This document shows positions 37,275 to 48,704 of a stretch of DNA of 64,000 bases, piece by piece (the stretch's first letter is position 1; every line of letters begins with the position of its first letter). This DNA is from Octopus vulgaris (Eukaryota). Under the pieces are notes generated by a model. The model had not been told where the DNA came from. It did not search any database and was given only the letters and a program-made list of their open reading frames with translations. The DNA is taken from assembly GCA_951406725.2 (NCBI GenBank), contig OX597815.1, forward strand, positions 50,468,001-50,532,000, given 5' to 3'. Position numbers and translations under genes: made by a program.

Positions 37275-38900
37275 TTATTTTATTATATTTGCCATAAAGG
37301 CAGTACATAGAGTAGTAGCTTTGCGGGCTGGACAAGGACATTAATGAAATAAATGATAACAAAGCAAAGATGATAAGGATGGGAGAAGACAAAAAGTGCC
37401 CACCGACTTTTGCTTCTCTAAAACATTGCTCTTTAAAACCAAACACGAAATGATGTATTAAACCTCTTACAACTTTTACAACTTTTCAATTTTTGGACTT
37501 AACAGTCCATTACAAGCAACAACATAGTTCAATAATTATATATAATATATATAAATATTATACATAAAGTTCAATCATCCTCCTCCCGACCAGGCCGTAC
37601 ACTACCCTTAGGCACTACTCCAGGTCCAGGGTGGGGCTCTAGAATGCAAATCTGAACATGTCCTTCGAGAAGGCGTCCATCACCCTGAACATACCGACAT
37701 CCGATATGACCTTCGTAGTCACCTGTGAAGGCCAATCCTCATCCACTGTCCAGGGCATGGGCTCCTCTCTCCGGTCATCCAGCTTCTCTATGAAGCTCTT
37801 TACTGCCCCTCCCTTCTGGAAGAGAATAAAAAAAGTCATCTTTCATCCTTCTGGGAGGGGCTGCTGTTTCCTCTGTCGGTAGCACACATCCCACAGACAA
37901 AGTTTCCGAGCATGCCAGCAGTTCACCATCAACTGCTAGCAATGTCCCATTCTTCCTTTTTCATTTCTGCTTTTCCTTTACAACGGAAGGGTGGAGCTCC
38001 TCCATCTTGTCTGGAAGTCCTTCCATTCCTCCTGCCACCTCAGGATCCATTGATGGGCAACCATCGTTGCCCACCTTCTTTCTTTTTCTCCCATTCTTTT
38101 TTGATGGGGTTGCCTCCCCCTCGACTTCCTCCCTCTCTCCCTCCCCCTCCAATGGGGGACCAGAGGGCTTTTCTATTAACTGTTCCAGGACCTTTGCTTG
38201 GTCCCGGTAACAGTTTTTCTTTATGTGGCCCAATTCCAGGCACAGGTGACACTTGGGGAGGGTGTCCCTCAAGAATCACCAGATACCTTGTTAGAAAATC
38301 TGGCAAAACCATATCATCGGCTGATTGGGTCCATAGGGTCAAAATTGCGTTTGACTCCACCAAATCAGCCGCAAGGAGAATTCTGACATTCAAGGGCTTG
38401 GCAGTGCTGCCAACCAGACCCCCATGAGTAGTACCTTCTATCCATTCAGGCTCTATACCAGGTGGCAGCCCATACACCCAAGCACTTGTCAGTCTCCTCC
38501 CTTCATAAGTGGGGAGAAACAAAATTTTCTTCCCTTCCAAAGGTCAACTTGCGAAATCCCGAGCCTCAGCGGGTTTGTCAAACAACACACACAGTCGCAT
38601 ATTTAACACCCCTTTGGATAAACTTAGTCGTTGGCAGGTACTCCGGCAACTCTTTTTCAATATCAGTATGTGAGAATACAGTGATGGTGTCAAGAACCTT
38701 AGAATAGATACTTAACACCACCATTCTCTCAGAAAAATTTTGCAACCACTGTTTGGGGGTCACTATTTGCCATTCCAAAACAGTATTTTTTGTTGCCATA
38801 TTGACAAAAATATGATAAAATGTAAAATTTTCAACACAAAAGTTCAAAAATTTAAATAATAAACACAAAAAAAAAAGAATAGAAGGACAGAGAAGAGAGA
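37275..38900 (-). mobile_element. Tx1/L1-like non-LTR remnant with a disrupted gag-like ORF1 (RRM-like region plus CCHC knuckle) and no visible ORF2
   Basis: ATG at 38799 (MATKNTVLEW...), FLPTYEGRRLTSAWVYGLPPGIEPEW, zinc knuckle CHLCLELGHIKKNC (CX2CX4HX4C), basic/acidic tail; several frameshifts; A-rich 3' end near 37275. Confidence 0.7.
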
Positions 38901-39016
38901 CAGTCAAATGACTGAAACAAATAAAAAATAAAAGAATAAAAGAAAGAATATAAACACACAGAATAAAACTCTTCTCTGCTTATGTCTATAATTACTCTAT
39001 ATACATACATACATAC

Positions 39017-39047
<31 letters not shown>

Positions 39048-39531
39048 TATATATATATATACATACATATATAAAAGAAAATGTTTACACATTTTCAACC
39101 TTTTCTCAGTATTTTAACACACACACACACACATATATGAAGGACTTGTGGAATCACTTGTAGCCATTCTCCAAAATCTGAAAGCACTTAAGACCATAAA
39201 TGTATTCAAGAATTAATATTATTTATTTATTATGTATCCTATGACAATCTGCAGTGTGCTTTATTCCTATGATCTTATCAAATGAATATAGCACAGGGTT
39301 GCTTAAAACAACAAATAGCAATAAAATTTATCTACGAGAAAATTTTTTGAAAGAGCATCCCAGAAGAAGAACAAAGAAAAAGAGAAAGTAAAGGAGAAAG
39401 AAAAAGGGATGTGACAGAAGGAGAAAAAGTGGGGAAGAAGCAATGTCTTATATGAGGATTTTTTTTCTGTCAATGTTTCAAATCCAATGGATTTATTTGA
39501 ACATTACAAAGAGAGAAATAGAGGAATACAG

Positions 39532-39711
39532 GAAGAAGAAGAAGAAGAAGAAGAAGAAGAAGAAGAAGAAGAAGAAGAAGAAGAAGAAGAAGAAGAAGAA
39601 GAAGAAGAAGAAGAAGAAGAAGAAGAAGAAGAAGAAGAAGAAGAAGAAGAAGAAGAAGAAGAAGAAGAAGAAGAAGAAGAAGAAGAAGAAGAAGAAGAAG
39701 AAGAAGAAGAA
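39532..39711. repeat. Pure (GAA)60 microsatellite
   Basis: 180 bp uninterrupted. Confidence 0.98.
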
Positions 39712-40339
39712 TGATAGAATAAAGATAAAGAGAATTGCTGAAATAAAAAAGATGTGTAAGCATTGGAGAGAGAACTGTTAGAAGTGTATTAGGGAAATAT
39801 GTCATCAGCATAATAATTATGTTGATTGTAATAAAGATAAAAATAGGGAAAATATGGACAATAAAATTTATAGAGTCACTTGAGCTGAGATATTTTTTTA
39901 GTGTTTATGGATATTTAAACAAATTAACAAGTGTAATTCGCATTAATACCTTTTAAAGAGACATTGCAGGATACAAAGGACCAGACACTTCAAATTCAGA
40001 AAAGTTAGATGGAGAACTACTAAATATTGTTTTAAATCTTCTAAATATGTCTTCTTAGACCTTCTAAGTATGTCAATAAAGTAAACAATTGATAAAGGTA
40101 TTTAAATTGTAATAAATAATAGTAATAATAAATCTAGTGGAGTATAAATAAAGTTTTAGTATGCATGATTTTCAGAATGGGTGAAGGAGAATAAGATAAA
40201 GGAATAAAGGAATACACACGAGTGTGTGTTTGTGTGTGTGTATAAAGAGATGGGTAGAGAACGAGGGAAACTGATGCACATAAATATATACATATATATG
40301 TGTGTGTGTGTATATATATATATATGTGTGTGTGTGTGT

Positions 40340-40545
40340 GACCGCGTGTGTATCGTTGGCGATTTTCTTTCTCTGTCTTCCCTTCCTTGGACCTTTTCTT
40401 TATCTATGTTTCTGACGAAGAGCTCAGGTTGAAATGGTAAATCCTCCTTCTTTCTTTCCTTTCCTGAGTGTCCAATAACACTATACTTGTTCCACGTCCT
40501 CACATTGTTGTGTTTTCTCTTTGTGTTTTCATGTTTGGATTAACT
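40340..40545 (+). mobile_element. Second copy of the 29365-29572 element
   Basis: Shared gtttctgacgaagagctc...ttcctgag...ccaataa...ttgttccacgtcctc...catgtttggattaact then (TA)n. Confidence 0.8.
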
Positions 40546-40562
40546 ATATATATATATATATA

Positions 40563-40666
40563 CTTTATTTAAAAGTAGCAGAAATATAACAAAAGCTGTT
40601 ACTCAGAGTTTCACGTTGCCGTTCGTTGGACAGCTTTTGTTATATTTCTGGTGCTTTTAAATAAAG
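40563..40666 (-). repeat. 37-bp-arm inverted repeat enclosing a decayed hammerhead core
   Basis: Arms 40563-40599 and 40630-40666 with 2 mismatches. Confidence 0.85.
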
Positions 40667-41029
40667 CATATTACTCTACCTCTGGTATTTGAGTACTCTT
40701 ATGTAAATGTATTGTACTCAATATGTAAATGTATTGAAAAATCATCAAAAAACCATCAAAGACTGAGACCACTTAAGATCTTTTGCTATATACTGTTCAT
40801 TCATAGAGAGCTTGTAGTACAAGCTTCTTCTGATATGTGTAGGGATTGTATTTTTGTGCTGTTGTTGAATAAGTGACTTTATTGTTATCATTCTACTGAG
40901 AAGATGTTATTTTTGTTTAGTTATAAGTTATCCCATATATAGCAAAGTTATGATTAACTGCATACCTGCCTCAATCATTCCATATCGTTTTCTCAGGCTT
41001 AATATATCTCAGACTAAACTCACAATGTA

Positions 41030-41222
41030 GCATGTTGGGCAAAATGCATAGTGGCATTTTGTTCATCCTTATATTCTGAGTTCAAATTCTGTTGAGGTTG
41101 ACTATCCCTACCATCTTTTTGGAGGTTGATAAAATAAATACCAGTTGAGTACTGAGGTCACCATAATTGACTTACCTCCTTCCATGAACTTTGTGGCCTT
41201 GTATCAAAATTTGAAACTATTG
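41030..41222 (+). mobile_element. SINE family B
   Basis: gggcaaaatgcatagtggcatt...ctgagttcaaattct...gataaaataaataccagttgag...ggccttgtatcaaaatttgaaac. Confidence 0.75.
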
Positions 41223-41299
41223 TTTGATTACAATATGAAGTTTGGTTTGGGAAGAACTTTGTTACTATTTCTAGCAGGTTAAATAGTGGTTCCTTTGTT

Positions 41300-41760
41300 G
41301 GCTCTGTTGGAAGGTGTTTTGAAACTGTTTCCAAGCGTGTTGTTTGCAGAAGCAAGAGTTAAGTCTTGTATGCTTGGTCAATGTTCTATGTGGAAATTTA
41401 AGGTGGGATTAAGATAGTAACAACAAGCAAGCAAATGTAGGAGTGTTTGTTGTTAGAAGTAACATCAAAACGATTAGTAATATATATAAGGAAGAGTATG
41501 GGACATATCAACAAACTTTGAGGCATACTAGAGTTTTATAAAAACAGTGTTGGAAGTTATTGAGATGAGAAGGAAATGGACTCAAAGGGAATAAAAAATG
41601 GAGTTATTTATTAGTTTCCATCAATTTTGAGATGTTGAAAAGTGAAAGCAAAAGAACAGGAATTGTTGTGGACAGATATTTCACTTTTGGAGCACGGCAC
41701 ATACTATAACATGTTTTCAGACATTTGGGTAGATTTTCAGAAAAAAGATTGACGGGTCTT
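41300..41760 (-). pseudogene. Old, decayed LINE reverse-transcriptase fragment
   Basis: Minus-strand PVLLLSLFNISKLMET (cf. RPISLLS..SK.ME) and SSMPQSLLICPILFLIYITNRFDVTSNNKHSY (cf. SGVPQGSVLSPTLFLIYIND...HSYADD). Confidence 0.55.
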
Positions 41761-42269
41761 TGAGAAACATCACTCTCAAATGAGAGAAATTTTAACAACA
41801 TACCTAAATAAAACATAATCTCCAGAGCTAAGCCCCATTTTTGTTACTAGATAACTTGTAATTTTTACAGCATGGAGAGTTTAGCTACCATGTTTGCTAA
41901 ATGTAATATGAATAAATATGCTAAAAAGCTTCCTACTTCTAAGTATAACTTCTTGTAAACATACCCTTACTACATACCTTAAATTTTTATCAAATAAACA
42001 ACTAGCTGAATGCTACTATTTACCATGCTCCACTCTCTAACATTTTGTGTTGTGGCATTGGACATCATTAGAATCAGGGCTGTTCTTTTTCTCATTTGTG
42101 TTTTTGGAGATTTATCTTAAGTTTGTTCTTATTTATTCAATTTACTTTATTGAAAGAAAAAAAAGAAAGTTACCTGCAGACACAACATTTGTTAAGAAAT
42201 TCACTTTGGAAGTATCACTGTGCAGCAGCTTGCACAGTATCTTCTATAGATACAGACCAACCAATGCGT

Positions 42270-42590
42270 TTTGAGTGAATTTGGTCAACAGAAACTGTGT
42301 GGAAACCTGTTGTATATATGTGCATGTTTATGTGTGTCCACATGCATGTGTGTGTGTGTATGTGTTTGTTAATGTCTTTGTTAATGTATTTGTCACTGCC
42401 ACTGTGTTTGACAACTACTGTTGGTTTGTTTACATCCCCAAAACATACTGGTTTGGCAAAAGAAACCAATAGACAAGTATCAGGCTTACTTAAAAAATAT
42501 GTGTGTTACTGGGATCGATATGTTTGACTGAACCCTTCAAGGCAGTGCTCCACTTAGCAACAGTTTAAAGAGAGAAAAAAGTAAAAGATA
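42270..42590 (+). mobile_element. SINE family A, headless and degenerate
   Basis: gagtgaatttggtcaacagaaactg...ccttcaaggcagtgctcc...aagtaaaagata. Confidence 0.7.
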
Positions 42591-43412
42591 GAAACTATAG
42601 CAAAAAATTTTCAACCCAGAATCTAGCTTTGGTACTTTTACTCTTCTATTACTCTCGGAGTTTATTTTGCTTTAGTTTTTCTATTTTACACTAAACTTTA
42701 AACCATTAATCTTTATTTTCATTTATTTCAGCCAATTTTATTGACCATTTTACCAATTACCTATCTTTCCTTATACATTTATCCTACTCCTGTTATTTGC
42801 AATAATTCCATCCAATTATTAGACTTACATAACCGTTTTTTCCTGAATTTCCTTTTCACTCTAAGGTACTTTTTCCTCCTCCTGATTCAGCTCCCTAATT
42901 AATACACACCTTATCTTCAATATTATTAATTTACCTTAATATCTATTTTACCTTTAAGCTCTCTTTAAGTTCTTTCCCAATCCATAAATATCTTCATATT
43001 CCATCTTTAAATTTTTTCTTTACCTAAATTTTCTTAATCTTCAATTAACTCATACACTAACACCCATTTTGTCATGTTTTATTTCATCAATCTAGTTTAT
43101 TTAATTAATTTTCCTTTTAATTTTTAATTTAAGTGTATTATATTTTATTTTAGCTTCTTTATTTTTTCCTTTTAATATTTTAATATTTTAGTTATTTTTA
43201 AAATTTTTCAATTAAATATTTAAAAAAAGTCCTTTTCTAAAAATTCCTTTTAAAAAGAATTTCAAAAAATTTTAATTAGCTTAACTTTTCCTTTATAATT
43301 TTTCCAGTTAATTATTTAGTAACCCTATAACTGACTATAGCTGCAGCACTCTAGTTTACACAAAATTTTTATCATTCTTGCTATTATCCCGTCGCTTTAA
43401 TTTTCACTATTT

Positions 43413-43680
43413 ATCATCATCATCATCATCTTCATCATCATTTAACGTCCATTTTCCATGCTGGCATGGGTTGGACGGTTTGATCAGAGCTGGCAAGCTG
43501 GGTAGCTGCACCAGGTTCTAGTCTGATTTGGCTTGGTTTCTCCTGCTAGATGCCCTTCCTAACACCAACCACTTTACAGTGTGTGCTGGGTGCTTTTAAT
43601 GTGGCACCATGCAAGTGCTTTCATGTGGAACTGGCATGAATGCTTTTTATGTGGTACTGGCACAGGATTCTTTGCAAGCC
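43413..43680 (-). mobile_element. RTE 3' terminal fragment with (GAT)n tail
   Basis: tttaacgtccattttccatgctggcatgggttggacgg...gatgcccttcctaacaccaaccact. Confidence 0.85.
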
Positions 43681-44178
43681 ATTTCTGATTTTTTCACTTT
43701 GAGTAACTTCTTTTCCCTTGACTCACCTTCATCTTTCTCTTAAACACACACATATGTGTATATGCATATCTGTCTCTTTAGCTATATCCTTACATTTTCA
43801 AAGCAAAAGGATTAAATCCAATAATACCAAAAGCAACAAAATGTTTGGCCTTGTGCCTTCTTAACAAAAGAGAAACACCTACAGAATTGTTTACAGTTCT
43901 ACATAAATATATTCTAAACAGTAGCATAACCCTGAATTTAATCAATTAAAACTTTTCCAAGACACTTTCCATAACAACTAACCATAAAAAATTAATTACC
44001 ACCCCACTCAAACCCAAACATCTAAAGATATTTTTAGCTCTACAGAGATTATATAAAGGCAAGGCTAAATCTAATGCATCACAATCTGATAATGGCTTAA
44101 ATGGCTGAAAATTTGAAGTCACTGTCAACAACATTCTTGTTCAGTAATAAGGTGCAGACATGGGTGTGTTGATACATG

Positions 44179-44560
44179 CAGGCGTGGCTGTGTGGTAAAA
44201 AGCTTGCTTCCCAATGAAATGGTTCTGCATGGTGTCTTCTACTAGAGCCTAGGACCGACCAAACAAAGCCTTGTGAGTGGACTTGGTAGATGGAAACTGA
44301 AAGAAGCCTGTGGTGTATGTATGTATATGTATATATTTATGTGTGTGTTTGTGTTTGTAGCCCCACCCCCACTCCACCCCACCATTGCTTGACAACTGAT
44401 GTTGGTATGTTTATGTTCCTGAAACTTAGTAGTTTGGCAAAAAAGACCTATAGAATAAGTACTAAGCTTACAAACAGTCAGTCCTGGGGGTCGATTTCTT
44501 TGACTAAAGATGGTGCTCCAGCATAGCCACATTCAAATGACTGAAACAGGTAAAAGAGTA
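44179..44560 (+). mobile_element. SINE family A
   Basis: Head, body and tail present. Confidence 0.88.
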
Positions 44561-44612
44561 ATTCATATAACAGAAACAAAAGAGATGGAAAATGGAATAT
44601 GTGGAAAAACTG

Positions 44613-44718
44613 ATTACAACAATTGTTTCGACACATCCTGCATTACTCCATTGTGGGTGGGAAACTATACAATTAATTTCAGTGCATCCCACGATACAGA
44701 AGCATCTCATCAGGTGAT
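44613..44718 (-). ncRNA. Putative type I hammerhead ribozyme, intact catalytic core
   Basis: Minus strand: atcac-CTGATGA-gatgcttctgtat...atgcaggatgtgtc-GAAAC-aatt-GTT-gtaat; helix II about 13 bp, palindromic helix III ACAATTGT. Confidence 0.75.
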
Positions 44719-45117
44719 GTAATACAGTTTCTCATTATGTAAGTAATGTTTTGTTCATTCAGATTAACTACAGCATGTTGTTAGTGGTCATAGCTTAATT
44801 ACATTGTGAAGGAATGGTAAGGAACAGATTTAGCTGTGAAACTGTGGATACAAACAGGAAGTAATTAAGATATATATGTATGTTTGTGTGTGTGTGTGTA
44901 TACCTAGGTAGAGGACATACAAACATAGCAAATTTTACAACTTGATTAATTGAAAAATATAACAAATGGCCTTAATCAATTTTTTGAAACTTATTGGATT
45001 CCTTTCAGAAGTGTCTACATTATTTGACTAATCCCAAAGAAATAAGCAGCCAATCCAGTAGATTCAGGGAATCAGGGCAGATAATTTGCATACTATTAGT
45101 GTTTAACATTTTATTTA

Positions 45118-45338
45118 ATATTGGTTTCAGATTTTGGCAGAAGATCAACAATTTCAGGAGAGGGATTAAAGTCGATTATTTTGGCCCTGGAGCTCAACTG
45201 ATACTTACTATATTGACCCCGAAAGGATGAAAGGCAAAATCAACCTTGGAGGAATTTGAACTCAAAATATAAAGATGGATGAAATGTTGCTAAGCATTTT
45301 GCCCAGCATACTAATGATTCTGTCAGCTCACTGCCTTG
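45118..45338 (-). mobile_element. SINE family B
   Basis: ttgaccccgaaaggatgaaaggc...gaatttgaactc...gctaagcattttgccc...cagctcactgcctt. Confidence 0.85.
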
Positions 45339-45639
45339 ACACCTTTTTTTTTCCTTCTGAGATGGGACTTTGCACCCGAAATATAAAGGTTTTATAAAAC
45401 TTTCTGGATTGTCAGAAGCTTTCTATTTTCTCTCTTTTTTATTTTATTTAATATCAGCAGCCTGTCAATGGGGATCTCAGTCCACACAGTATCAAGGTAT
45501 GATATATGTAAAATCACATAGTAGGCTTACAAGCATGGCAAATTTATTTACTTCTCTGTTGGCTGGAAAAAAAAATGATAGACACCCTTAATTGATTTCT
45601 GAAAATTTTCTGGGCTCTCATCAGATGTGTTTACATTGT

Positions 45640-45823
45640 AGGCGTAGGAGTGGCTGTGTGGTAAGTAGCTTGCTTTCCAACCACATAGTTCCGGGTTCAG
45701 TCCCACTGAGTGGCACCTTCGGCAAGTGTCTTGTGCTGTAGCCTCGGGCTGACCAAAGCCTTGCGAGTGGATTTGGTAGATGGAAACTGAAAGAAGCCTG
45801 TCGTATATATGTATATATATATA

Positions 45824-45872
<49 letters not shown>

Positions 45873-46097
45873 ATATGGTTTTGTGTGTCTGTGTTTGTCC
45901 GCCCCCCCCAACATTACTTGACAATCGATGCTAGTGTGTTTATGTCCCCATAACTTAGCAGTTCGGCAAAAGAGACCGATAGAATAAGTACTAGGCTTAC
46001 AAAGAATAAGTCCTGGGGTCGATCTGGTCAACTAAAGGTGGTGATCCAGCTTGGCCACAGTCAAATGACTGAAACAGGTAACAGAGTAAAAAGAGTA
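45640..46097 (+). mobile_element. SINE family A, full length
   Basis: aggcgtaggagtggctgtgtggtaag...cagtcaaatgactgaaac...gagtaaaaagagta. Confidence 0.93.
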
Positions 46098-47018
46098 TTG
46101 GCATTGTTGTTTGACCCTGAGATTAGCCATTCCTAACCAATCAGACCACTGATCACAGTCATTCCAACCATGAACATCCTTTTATTCCACTGTCACAGTT
46201 CATCTTTGATAACATTATCTTATTATTTTTTTTATTTAAAAGACTGTAGTGACACCTCATGATTTGGCTACTATTTCTAGCAGACTGAATAACTACATAC
46301 AGGCTCACCTCATCACTTCATTTACAAGAATGTTTATATAATGATATATTAGCTTTAAGTTAACAGATTGTAGACATTTGAACCCATCTTACTTATTGAA
46401 ATTGAACATAACTTTAGTTCCAAAAGTTTATTATCGAACATATTAGAATTAGCTGCATATTGTTTAATGACATGCCAGTTATGCTGCTGCTGCTGCTAAT
46501 GTTGTTGTTGTTGTGGTCATTTTATTTCCTTTTAACAAACAGAAATTGTACAAAATAAAAATGATATATTATCCTTCCAAATATTTACTAATAAACAGCT
46601 ACCTAAATCAACTACCTAAATAAACAGTGAAAAATTATTTTTCATTTTGTTTGTATTGTGTTATTCTTCATTTTCATCTCTTTACTGTAGCACTGTGGCA
46701 GTCATCGGAAAACCAGTGGTGGCAGCAATGTTAGTGATGATCATGGTGATGGTTGCTGTTGTTGCTTTTTCTATTGTTGTTGTTGTCACATAAGATAGGA
46801 AACATCCTGAACATGATTCAACAATTATCGAACTTTCTACCCTATAATAAAACACAAACACCTCATATTTGGCAATCGGAAGAAAAATTTACAATAATAA
46901 ACTTTATATCTTCATCACACCCAAGTTAGCTTTATTTATTCATTTGTACATTTAGTTATTTTAGTAATATGGATAAACATTCAGATATTTGACAATATGT
47001 TTGTCTATGAAATATCTA

Positions 47019-47022
<4 letters not shown>

Positions 47023-47107
<85 letters not shown>

Positions 47108-47310
47108 TATGTATGTATACACACACACACATACTCATGCCTACATACATATAGATATATAGATATATATATGTATGTTTGCACATTTATATACATGTAT
47201 ATATATAATTCATATTACATATATATTCATCTGTATATATATGTGTATATATATTCATGTAGATACATTATTTATACCTTATATACTTGTGTGTGTGTGC
47301 ATGTGCATGT
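47023..47310. repeat. (CT)n(TA)n compound microsatellite block
   Basis: Directly visible. Confidence 0.9.
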
Positions 47311-47904
47311 CTAGAAATACTAAATATATTGAATATGTGCATGTATTTCGACATATGGACAACTTCATCTATTTTCTTCATGTCAAACATTTTAAGCCAG
47401 CATTACTTTCTTCCTGCGTAATATTCCAGAAATATGACTTTTTTTCTTTCTTTCCATTTCTCAAAGTAAAGTTAATACTCTAAAATAATTTCTCATTGCA
47501 ACTACGATATATTTATCAGTCTCACTAATATTTAATCACCTTTCTGTATTTAGTTATTATTTTTGAAACTTGAGATTTTTTATCTGGAATTTTACATATA
47601 ATGCAACAGTGGCTGATGGAGTTCAAGTTTCATTTAGTTTCAATAAATAATATGTTGTTCAATTTGGAATCCTGCTAAAACTGGCGTATTTAATAAACTG
47701 TTGGCAAACAAAAATTAGCAGCATTATAACACTTCTGATAAAGGCTGAAAGCAGGGTATCATCACTTTGCTGGAAACACAGTACTTTGACTACTGATACT
47801 AAAGTAAATATATATTTGTATAGACATGTGTGTGTGTGTGTGAGTGTGTGCACGTATATGCTTGCATGTATGTATGTGTGTATGTATGTATGCACATTTG
47901 TGCT

Positions 47905-48210
47905 TTAGTTTGTTCCTTCTTGAGCCATCCCTGGCTCATAAGAGCTGGTTTCCTGGTTTCTTTGGCATATAGGTTCCCCACCTGGATGGGACGCCGGTCC
48001 ATCGCAGGTGAGCTGCAAGATGCAGGAGGAAAGAGTGAGAGAAAGTTGTAGCGAAAGAGTCAGCAGAAGTTCACCATTACCTTCTGCCAAAGCCGTGTAG
48101 AGCTTAGGTGTTTCGCTCATAAACACACACATCGCCCGGTCTGAGATTCAAACCCACGATCCCTCGACTGCAAGTCCGTTGCTCTAACCACTAGGCCATG
48201 TGCCTCCATT
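47905..48210 (-). mobile_element. tRNA-derived SINE (family D) with 11-bp TSD
   Basis: Minus strand ggaggcacatggcctagtggttagagc...cctgcgatggaccggcgtcccatccagg...; TSD acatttgtgct at 47894-47904 and 48211-48221. Confidence 0.9.
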
Positions 48211-48482
48211 ACATTTGTGCTATGCTACCAATATTACTCTGAGTAACAGTCATCATTCTGTGAAATGCTAAATGATTTTTCTTGAGTATTCTCCTCTCGT
48301 TTATTTTTTTTGATGCATCAGAGCCATCAAAAGATTATGTTTACATTATTATATTTTCTTCTCACAGTCAAACTTTCTAATTCATTTCACTCATTTTCAT
48401 TTATACTGTGTTATGCATAAAATGTACATCGCATAGGTGTGTACTTGGAAGTGGAGTGCTTGATGTGAATGTATATATGTAT

Positions 48483-48523
<41 letters not shown>

Positions 48524-48645
48524 GTGTATTCACATTCGGCTCTGTAAATTTTGGAAGTGTTGGTTGGATATCTGTTACATGATGTCACTCGACTGTGTGC
48601 TTATTCAGCCCTAGCACTTTCAAATTTTATAAAAATTGGAAATAC

Positions 48646-48704
48646 TATACTGAAGAGAGAAGTAAGTAAAATTTAAATTACTTTAATCTCGAAACATGTA
48701 TATA
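48646..48704 (+). ncRNA. Putative minimal type I hammerhead ribozyme, intact catalytic core
   Basis: tata-CTGAAGA-GAGA-agtaa...ttact..-TCTC-GAAAC-at-GTA-tata; palindromic helix III ACATGT. Confidence 0.7.
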
